Below are positions 57,061 to 64,000 of a stretch of 64,000 bases of DNA, in pieces (position 1 is the stretch's first letter; the number at the start of each line of letters is the position of its first letter). Both the position numbers and the translations under genes were made by a program. Origin of the DNA: a virus; the IMG/VR virus record IMGVR_UViG_3300029989_000006. One strand, written 5' to 3'. The notes beneath the pieces are model-generated. The model worked only from the letters and a program-made list of their open reading frames with translations. It was not told where the DNA came from and searched no databases.

Positions 57061-57294
57061 CAAAATAAATTTTATTAAAATTCTATAATACTATCCCATG
57101 TTAAATTAAAGACAAGAGACCATTCTAATTCCATTATTTTCATATATTATGAACAAGAATCTTAAAAAAATTTTTTTATTTATATTTCAGAAGCCCAGGG
57201 CCTGTCTCCCAACTTACCCCCAGCCTTAAAGGGCGAGAAACCCTAACAAAAAACAATACACACACATATTTTAAAAACAATTAAAAAAATCACA

Positions 57295-57804
57295 ATGGAA
57301 AAGTTAAACATTGAACAATTTGAAGCAGAATTAAAAACTGCCGGTATGGATGAAGCCAAAATTTCCGCAGACATTCAAGCAAATTATTTACCAGAAAGTG
57401 GTACGTTTGAATCCTACGAAATTGTCAACGCGAATCAACCGACTGTTCACGTCCGTATGCTCACAACTAACGGCGGTTCAATTAGTCTTAATGGTTTGCG
57501 TGGTGTTGCTCACTTTGGCGACAAAGAGAGTATCACATTAGGCAAAATTGAGAAGGCTGGCTCAACTCTGAATGGCAAATTTGCGATGAAAAGTGTGACT
57601 AACATTAACCCACAACTTGGGGGAAAAATTGCAAAAGTCGTTTCCAATTTACTTGGACGTGATTTCAAAGCAGTTGCAACTCCGGGTTATGTTCTCCGCA
57701 CAAAGTTAGGTGCAGACCTGAAACCTGTTGGTTACGATACCGAAGCGAAGGCCAAAGAAGCCATCGTATCCAAAAATTTCTACAAAGTTGAAATTATCTA
57801 TTAA
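57295..57804 (+). CDS. First early-region protein, 169 aa
   Basis: Intact ORF with GC-richer codons, an A/C-rich leader and its own terminator. Confidence 0.8.
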   Translation: MEKLNIEQFEAELKTAGMDEAKISADIQANYLPESGTFESYEIVNANQPTVHVRMLTTNGGSISLNGLRGVAHFGDKESITLGKIEKAGSTLNGKFAMKSVTNINPQLGGKIAKVVSNLLGRDFKAVATPGYVLRTKLGADLKPVGYDTEAKAKEAIVSKNFYKVEIIY

Positions 57805-57832
57805 GGTAATCCAAATTTGTAAATTAAAAAAT

Positions 57833-57859
57833 AAGGGAGAGCAATCTCCTTTGTTTTTT
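57833..57859 (+). terminator. Intrinsic terminator
   Basis: AAGGGAGA-GCAA-TCTCCTTT followed by GTTTTTT. Confidence 0.75.
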
Positions 57860-57899
57860 AAAAAGTTTCTATTATTAAGTATAATCACTAAATTTCATT

Positions 57900-58181
57900 A
57901 TGGAATATGCAATTATTGGCATCCCTGAAAAAAACCAAAATTGGGATGAGTCTAAGATTAAAACTATTCGTGGAAAATTTGAAAACAATGAATTACTTGA
58001 TTTTGAAACGAATAAAATTATGTCCATAACTACATACGGTATAATGTATGATCAGATTAATGGACGTAAAGGTTGGTTTAATATCGCACCATGGATTGGT
58101 GATGATATGGTAATCTTCCAAGCTATCGTGGTTGATGAGTTTCCAAAGCATGTTTGGAATAAATTAGATCATATTAGATAG
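57900..58181 (+). CDS. Hypothetical protein, 93 aa
   Basis: Intact ORF; its 4 W are all TGG. Confidence 0.65.
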   Translation: MEYAIIGIPEKNQNWDESKIKTIRGKFENNELLDFETNKIMSITTYGIMYDQINGRKGWFNIAPWIGDDMVIFQAIVVDEFPKHVWNKLDHIR

Positions 58182-58185
58182 CAAC

Positions 58186-58598
58186 TGCACAGGAGGTATA
58201 ACGCATTTCTATTCATTAGTAATAGGAAGCACCTTAGAAGTGCATTTTTAAAAAATTTATCGAAGGCAGACATGTAACGGGATGAACTGCCTTCTCCACA
58301 CTATCCAAAAATTACCTGTTAGACAAGCATCTAAATACTAAAAAATCTAATAGTATATAGTATTGAATAAAATGGTGTAGTTTTTGGAATGGATTGTATT
58401 GTGGATAATATTGAGGATGAAAGCCTGCGAGGTAAAGGATGGAAGTCTCGGGTTAGGGCGTTTAAGCATGAATATGCTCCATCACGTGGATGACCACATG
58501 AAGTAAAGATAAGTGTTTGAGACAGAGGGTTATTGAAGTCTCGTTTTTGGCCAGTAAATCCTACTCTTTCCGTAAGTTTCGGAATTGGGGAGAGTAGG
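58186..58598 (+). ncRNA. Structured non-coding block 1 (tandem helical domains)
   Basis: TGCAC/GTGCA, GAAGGCAG/CTGCCTTC, TCCACA/TGTGGA and CCTACTCTTTCC/GGGAGAGTAGG stems; no ORF. Confidence 0.5.
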
Positions 58599-58630
58599 TA
58601 TTTTATGAAAAAACTAAAAATCTAAGATGT

Positions 58631-58882
58631 ATGGATAAAATAGTTGTTGGACCAGTAAAATGTTCCGATGAAAATTATACGGTAAAAGCTGTTGTATCAG
58701 GTGATAGCTTAGAGATTGTAACCGGTAGTAGCCTGAGGATAACTTCTCAGAGACCATATAAGGAAGAGATTGTTCCGTTGTCTATTAAGAATCTCAAGAG
58801 GTTGTTGAAAACAATTGGATCGAGTGAGGATAGACGAATGGCCCAGGGAAAGATTGAAGGGTTTTTGGGGTATTCAATTTAA
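58631..58882 (+). CDS. Hypothetical protein, 83 aa
   Basis: Intact ORF with an A-rich leader. Confidence 0.6.
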   Translation: MDKIVVGPVKCSDENYTVKAVVSGDSLEIVTGSSLRITSQRPYKEEIVPLSIKNLKRLLKTIGSSEDRRMAQGKIEGFLGYSI

Positions 58883-58885
58883 TAG

Positions 58886-59143
58886 ATGTTAGTTAGGAAG
58901 AGAGATTTTAAGATTATGGGGATAACAGAAAATGGTAATGCGTTTCTGGAGGCTTTCCCGAGTTTGCCAGATGTTGATCAAGTGTTGATCAGTAGAGGGG
59001 CAATCAATGTGCTGTTTTTATTGGGTGATACGATAACAAATGATACGAAAGTAAAGTTGAAGTATCGGGAGTTTATAAGGGATAATCGAAAGTTTATTTA
59101 TATAAATTCTATAGAACCAATGTTGAAAATAAAATCAGTCTGA
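58886..59143 (+). CDS. Hypothetical protein, 85 aa (TGA stop; 120 aa if read through)
   Basis: Intact ORF ending in TGA and followed by a hairpin. Confidence 0.55.
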   Translation: MLVRKRDFKIMGITENGNAFLEAFPSLPDVDQVLISRGAINVLFLLGDTITNDTKVKLKYREFIRDNRKFIYINSIEPMLKIKSV

Positions 59144-59176
59144 AAGATTGATTTGGGGAGAGTGAGTTCTCCTCAA

Positions 59177-59259
59177 GGATGAATGTTACAGCCCTCAGGA
59201 TTTGAGATAATCCATGGCTCATCCGTAACGCGTGATTTAATTACGTAACTGATGTAACG
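59177..59259 (+). ncRNA. Candidate HDV-like ribozyme with an expanded L3
   Basis: P1 GGATGA/TCATCC, P2 TGTTACA/TGTAACG, P3 GCC/GGC, P4 GCGTGAT/ATTACGT and J4/2 CTGA (CNRA), in nested double-pseudoknot order. Confidence 0.45.
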
Positions 59260-60030
59260 AGGCAGGTTTCTTGTCTTTAGGATAAATCGTGAATTCATAA
59301 GCGATGAAAGTGATGGTGTAGTTAAAAGCGAAACTATTGCGATGATGAAAGTCATTCTGTATGAAAACCAATTTAATATCTATAGTATGGTGTAGTGGGA
59401 ACTCGGAAGAGTGAAGCGATAGTATTATAGACTTGGGTTTGACTAACTTGAGTTGAGTGGTAACACAATAAGAATTAAATTGATTCGTTTCTCAAAATCA
59501 TTGTCGTGATGAGGGAGATGTTTATTGTTAGATTGTATGCCCTATTTTATCATTCCCAAATGATGAAGCTCCTGGGGAGGAGAAGTAGAAATAGTAGGGC
59601 AGTGTACAGTTGATGAAGTGAGTATGTTTGACAGCAGAAAACAGGGAGGCGTTGTATCTAAACCATTCAAAAGATGGCATGATGACAAACGCAATCACGT
59701 CTACCAAAGAAGTCCTTTTAAAAAATTTAAAATTCGTTAGAAACGAAATTCAAAAATTAATAAAAGTAAAATCCAAAAAGTATTGCGTCTGATGTATGAA
59801 AATACAGTTATCCATTTGTGAAATGATGGGATGTGGACCTCGGAAGGGAAAGCATTATTTGAAATGAGTAATCAATTAGTAGATGCAGGGATGTATCGTG
59901 TTCTTCCAAGAAGCTAAGGATGAAAGGAGTAGGATATATAGTATGTCAGAGGAGTTGCGGGAACTTAAAAATCCGTCTGTATGTTGTCTACCTATAGAAG
60001 TATAGGTGTGTTGTAATCCGAAAGGAGTAT
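59260..60030 (+). ncRNA. Structured non-coding block 2
   Basis: TCTATAGTAT/GTATTATAGA, ACTTGGGTT/AACTTGAGT, TGCCCTATT/AGTAGGGCA and TTGCGTCT/AGATGCAG stems with G-U pairs; no + strand ORF of 60 aa or more. Confidence 0.45.
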
Positions 60031-60166
60031 AAATGGCAATAGAAAACGTCAGGACTCAGCGTTTTAAAAAATACCACGGTCGTATTGGTTCTCTTCTAAT
60101 AACAGAGGATCTATCCAGTAAATTGCTGGCGTTTGTCAGAGTTCAGATAACTGATAAAAAAATATT

Positions 60167-60640
60167 AATGGAGGGTAATAGCCATGTACTATTATTGCAG
60201 TGCTTACGTAATTGGGATATGGCCCGTGTTTACTCAGGCTATACTGCAGAAAACTCCATTTAAAAATTAACATGTCCTGCAACTCAAGAAAAAGTCAAGA
60301 GGTATTGGCGACAGCACGGACGTAAAATCGTTGAGGATGGTTTAAAATACTGTCGTAGCAGCTGTACTTGAGGCATGTTTGAATATATTATTATTAGTAA
60401 ACGGTAATATGTTCTAATCCCATAAGTGGACACAGTGGATATAATAGTCCACTAAAATATTAGGATGATTTGCAAAACATCTCGTACTTGATCCAGCAAT
60501 CCGGAAATTCGGACCGAGCTAGAGTGAGACTGCAAAACGATAACAGAAGAAATAATAAACTCTTTTGTAAATCATCTACAATACAATAGAAAAGACATGA
60601 TATTTGTCGTATTCCTGGGCATGAAGACAAACTGCTTTTT
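60167..60640 (+). ncRNA. Structured non-coding block 3
   Basis: AATGGAG/CTCCATT, AACATGTC/GGCATGTT, GCGACAG/CTGTCGT, GAATATATTATT/GGTAATATGTTC and GGATGATTTGCAAAA/TTTTGTAAATCATCT stems. Confidence 0.5.
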
Positions 60641-60678
60641 AGTGCTAAATCTAATTATTTACATAAAAACCTAAACCA

Positions 60679-60876
60679 ATGATTGAGTATTTTCAAATTG
60701 AAATGATTGATTATAAACTCGACAAAATGGTTGAGTTTACAACACGTGGTAAATTAACAAGAGCCATAGTTAATGGCAAATCAACTGCTTGTATTACTAA
60801 TGAGTATGATGTGCCTATTATTATAGCAGCACCATCAGTGCTCATTCGTGATTCTACTGGTAAATTGTTGTATTAA
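60679..60876 (+). CDS. Hypothetical protein, 65 aa
   Basis: Intact ORF with an A-rich leader. Confidence 0.55.
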   Translation: MIEYFQIEMIDYKLDKMVEFTTRGKLTRAIVNGKSTACITNEYDVPIIIAAPSVLIRDSTGKLLY

Positions 60877-60882
60877 AATATT

Positions 60883-61537
60883 AGCAGAGATAAAGACAGG
60901 TGCATGAAATAGTACAGTAGAACTGGCTATCAGAGTAATGCATCACTCTGCTTTAAAATATTCATCCCTAGAAGAACAGGATGATACCGAATCGCGACGG
61001 TATAGTCAGATACGATTATTGTTTACGAATGCATGCGTAACAATGAGGATATTTGATGGCTTCAACAAGAGATATTTGTTAAGTAAATAAGCGAAGTAAT
61101 GATATCTCCATTATTAGCAAACTATGAAACCTGGTATAACACTAAAAGATTTGGCCAGCTATATTCCTCAGGATATTCCTGTGGATTGAGGTATGCCAGT
61201 CTAGTTCCCAAGTGTATGGAAAGTCTTTTGGAGGGAATTTATGTAATTACAAATTAGGTCTGGTGTTGTATCATCGGCCACCCCAAACTCAGTCCTAGTG
61301 CTTGTATAAGCAATGGACAGTCTGCCGCTACCTGAAATACTGGTTGCCTTAAATGGCTCTTCGCGGCTCAAAATGTTGTTTGACGAACTTCATACCTTAT
61401 AGGTTAAATGTCAACTGTAAACTCTCCCAAGATCTCAGACGTCGAACTACTAGTTTAGTTACCGAATGTTGAGGGAGAGTTTATTTAAAAATATACACTG
61501 ACTTTTTGTCAGTAGGGGAATGTGAGTTGATTCTCTA
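60883..61537 (+). ncRNA. Structured non-coding block 4
   Basis: AGCAGAG/CTCTGCT, TCATCC/GGATGA, TACCG/CGGTA, GCCGC/GCGGC, AAACTCTCC/GGAGAGTTT and ACTGAC/GTCAGT stems. Confidence 0.5.
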
Positions 61538-61772
61538 TTTCTCCACAAGGGTTTGGTTTCTAACTAAAGAAAGAAAAGATTATCAAGTTAAACCTATAAA
61601 GGTTAAAAAAGAAGAAACATCCAAAGACATTTGGCAAAAACAAAAAAAGAAATAATCTTGTAATATCAGGATTATTTCTTATACTCGTAAAAGTTCCGAG
61701 TATAAAAAGAAGAATAGGAATGCTAGTATATATGTTGAAATACATTTAAAGCTCAAACTCAAACATCTAAAA

Positions 61773-62126
61773 ATGAATAAATTATTTGTTATATTATTAA
61801 TCTTACTAGCTATATCATGTAGAAGTAAGCCAGATCCAGAGATATCTTATATAGATATGGATCTTAGAATTGTATTAATCAATTCACAATCCATTTTGTC
61901 TCAGAATAAATTCCATAAGCCTCAGTTATGTAATATTGTATTATTTGAGACACTAACAACTGATCCTAAGTTATATTTTGAATATAATAATTGTGATATA
62001 GATTTTCGGTCTATATTAATTAATACTAAATGGTTATACAATCATTGCCCAGGAGATACTGTTCATTTTAACTATATTAAGAAATCAAGATTCTTTACAA
62101 TTAAACCTGAATTAATTCCTAAATAA
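61773..62126 (+). CDS. Lipoprotein, 117 aa
   Basis: MNKLFVILLILLAISC signal peptide with a lipobox. Confidence 0.7.
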   Translation: MNKLFVILLILLAISCRSKPDPEISYIDMDLRIVLINSQSILSQNKFHKPQLCNIVLFETLTTDPKLYFEYNNCDIDFRSILINTKWLYNHCPGDTVHFNYIKKSRFFTIKPELIPK

Positions 62127-62136
62127 TATTAATCAT

Positions 62137-62949
62137 ATGTGTAAATTCTTTTCATTTATTACTAAAGGAGATGGAATACCCCTCTTCATTGATACAGATG
62201 CTCGTATAAAACTTAAGCATGAAAGTTCTGATTTTGATTCCCATAGCTTTATTGCAGCATATCACAATTTGGATGATGATCTGGTTAATAAGTATGAATA
62301 CAATCCTTGGAAGAGAGTCTTTGTAATTGATACGATGAATGCTTTTAGCAATATAGGAGAAAAATTAAGAGATAATGAAGAGGCAAATATTTGGGCTGAT
62401 TCTTATGATTTTTCTAAAATTATTGCTTCGGGTTATTATGATCTTGATGATGCATCTTTTCCTATAGAAGGAATAAAACTTCCTGAGGTATTTTATGGTA
62501 ATATACTCCTAAATGATATGAAAGACTTTAAGAAGGTTACTCTTCCCAGAATTATGAATGCATTAAGATTTGAGGATCAAGATCTTACAGATGTGATTTT
62601 TCCGGAAGAAGTAGATCAATTAATAGTTAGACATTGTAATCTTAGAAATGTTACTTTTCCAAAGAAAATGGGAACACTAAAAGCTATAGGTAGCACTTTT
62701 TCATCAAATGTCATATTACCTAAGGGAATAGATTTTGTGGATGTTGAAGGAGCTGATATTAATGGTATGATTTTTCCTGAATATGTAAGACATTTGGATA
62801 TTCAAAAATGTGATGTTACTGGTGCAAAATTACCAAAGCAAGTAAATCGTCTATATAGTTCTCAGGCTTATACTAGAGCTGAAACAAAATTGTTTTTACC
62901 TGAAATTGTAGTTGATATATGTAAAAACAGTACAATTATAAATAATTAA
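62137..62949 (+). CDS. LRR-like repeat protein, 270 aa
   Basis: About 19-aa repeats (xxxxLP/FPxxVxxL) after an MCKFFS...DSH N-terminal domain. Confidence 0.65.
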   Translation: MCKFFSFITKGDGIPLFIDTDARIKLKHESSDFDSHSFIAAYHNLDDDLVNKYEYNPWKRVFVIDTMNAFSNIGEKLRDNEEANIWADSYDFSKIIASGYYDLDDASFPIEGIKLPEVFYGNILLNDMKDFKKVTLPRIMNALRFEDQDLTDVIFPEEVDQLIVRHCNLRNVTFPKKMGTLKAIGSTFSSNVILPKGIDFVDVEGADINGMIFPEYVRHLDIQKCDVTGAKLPKQVNRLYSSQAYTRAETKLFLPEIVVDICKNSTIINN

Positions 62950-62978
62950 AAATCTAGAGTGCATAACAGGTAATGCTG

Positions 62979-63075
62979 TTAGATGTATTAACATATATTG
63001 CTGTCTTTGGTATCTGTATACTAGTTCTACTAGTCAACCTGTTGAAGGAAACAGAATATGTGTTAATACGTTTAG
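62979..63075 (+). ncRNA. Long RNA hairpin with a 21-bp basal stem
   Basis: 62979-62999 pairs with 63055-63075 with 4 G-U pairs and no mismatches. Confidence 0.6.
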
Positions 63076-63115
63076 GTCTATACGATGCTCAAACTCAAAC
63101 AAAAACAAAATTATC

Positions 63116-63403
63116 ATGAAAAAATTTATTGTAGACTTATTGTATACAATACTTATAAATTACATTGTAGGTATTTGTATAATGGTATTACTTAATGCAG
63201 ATGCATTAAAAGTAATCAGTTCCCCTCTTTGGTTAGAAATAACTAATCCTTTTACTTGGACTTGGGAAGTTCATCGTTTGTTGATCATTTGTTCCATTAT
63301 TACTTTTTCAACATTCTTTTATCCATTTGGTTGGAGAAAAAAAGGTAATTCAAGAGGGCATCACAATTTACCAAGAGAAATGCGTGAATTGATTAACTCA
63401 TGA
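63116..63403 (+). CDS. Membrane protein with 2 TM segments, 95 aa (TGA stop in an ATGA overlap)
   Basis: Two hydrophobic stretches; its 4 W are all TGG. Confidence 0.65.
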   Translation: MKKFIVDLLYTILINYIVGICIMVLLNADALKVISSPLWLEITNPFTWTWEVHRLLIICSIITFSTFFYPFGWRKKGNSRGHHNLPREMRELINS

Positions 63404-63714
63404 AAAATCTCAGAGAAAAAATACTTCAGTTAAGAGATAATCTAACTGATAGCCAATATCTCTATTTAATGAGAAGAAATACAGTTGAAGATTTTAGAGA
63501 TGCACTGAAGATAATGATGTCTGTTGAGCAAAATCTAAAGACTTTGGAAGTATTTAAGTTTCTACTTTCTTTATTATCTGAGGAATGTAATGTAATTCAG
63601 ACTGAATTGGTATTACCTGAAAAGAAATACATTTTGAAATTTCAGAATTATACATTAAAGACTGAAATGACTCGTGAGTTTACTGGTTTTAAAGATGGGG
63701 CTACATGCAGCTGA
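63400..63714 (+). CDS. Hypothetical protein, 104 aa (TGA stop)
   Basis: Coupled to the upstream gene by ATGA. Confidence 0.6.
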   Translation: MKNLREKILQLRDNLTDSQYLYLMRRNTVEDFRDALKIMMSVEQNLKTLEVFKFLLSLLSEECNVIQTELVLPEKKYILKFQNYTLKTEMTREFTGFKDGATCS

Positions 63715-63835
63715 ATTACTTTCAGAAGTAGTAAAAGCTTTTAACTGGACAAGACATTGCAATGCAGCTAGTGTTGTACGTCATTTAGGTAGTTACTTTG
63801 ATCTTTATAATGAAGGATCAATAATATTCAATTAA
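63695..63835 (+). CDS. Small hypothetical protein, 46 aa
   Basis: MGLHAAELLSEVVKAFNWTRHC...; fills the gap. Confidence 0.4.
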   Translation: MGLHAAELLSEVVKAFNWTRHCNAASVVRHLGSYFDLYNEGSIIFN

Positions 63836-63845
63836 GTAATTTCTT

Positions 63846-64000
63846 ATGGATAACCTTGATCTTAATGATAAACTCTCTAAAGCACAAAAAACTTTAGAGA
63901 GTTTGTCCTCTAAAAAATGTGGGTCCATAGATATTAGAAGGGCTCTGGAAAATCTTAATAATGTGAGACAGCAGATTGCACAAACTAGGTTATTCAGAAT
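63846..64000 (+). CDS. Hypothetical protein, truncated by the window edge
   Basis: MDNLDLNDKLSKAQKTLE... is open to the end of the window. Confidence 0.5.
   Translation, partial: MDNLDLNDKLSKAQKTLESLSSKKCGSIDIRRALENLNNVRQQIAQTRLFR

Noticed and set aside
58450-58520. Second HDV-like ribozyme (TCC-ATCACGT-GGA)
   Set aside because: No convincing P2 or CNRA; local hairpins fit better.
59538-59602. Hammerhead ribozyme
   Set aside because: The core reads ATGATGA rather than CTGANGA, and stems I and II do not fit.
59655-59695. c-di-GMP-I riboswitch
   Set aside because: Only AAACCATTC resembles it; GGCAAA, the GAAA tetraloop and GACGCAAA are absent.
61195-61482. Twister ribozymes (TCCCAAG...GAGGG, twice)
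   Set aside because: The UAA cleavage loop and GC pseudoknot are missing; simple hairpins explain the pairing.
58181-61560. CRISPR or other repeat-spacer array
   Set aside because: There are no identical, regularly spaced repeats of suitable length.
59173-61745. Track ORFs 59173..59355 (-), 60033..60263 (+) and 61560..61745 (-)
   Set aside because: They are antisense to the early transcript or overlap strong RNA structure, and show no motifs. 60033..60263 remains uncertain.
1-64000. TAG reassignment
   Set aside because: TAG ends several genes cleanly (MCP, 7901, 19302, phoH) and no late gene needs TAG readthrough.

Overview
This window is an AT-rich fragment of a crAss-like (Crassvirales-type) phage. 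TAnnTTTG -7 promoter boxes point to a Bacteroidota host. The ORF track is fragmented because the late genes read TGA as Trp (code 4). Joining the fragments across TGA gives intact genes on the - strand (1-52 kb): terminase, portal, tail proteins, cargo proteins, holin-like proteins and glycosyltransferases. It also gives a lytic transglycosylase on the + strand (53688-54653) that the track missed. A UCA-anticodon suppressor tRNA with an atypical acceptor stem lies at 53142-53214 (-). The + strand early genes (57.3-64 kb) use only TGG for Trp and apparently keep TGA as a stop. The most notable observations are: (1) a 33-41 kb cassette pairing Thr-rich mucin-like virion proteins (FN3, circularly permuted FISUMP, LRR) with three glycan-modifying enzymes; (2) about 2.5 kb of densely structured non-coding sequence in the early region, including an HDV-like double pseudoknot that UGA readthrough would traverse; (3) a K-x-x-x-G-G tag shared by cargo proteins and the transglycosylase; (4) TGA-free blocks inside the recoded region; (5) three iteron-like repeats with 22-bp period next to an HTH Rep-like gene. 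All calls come from manual reading; no database searches or folding programs were run.
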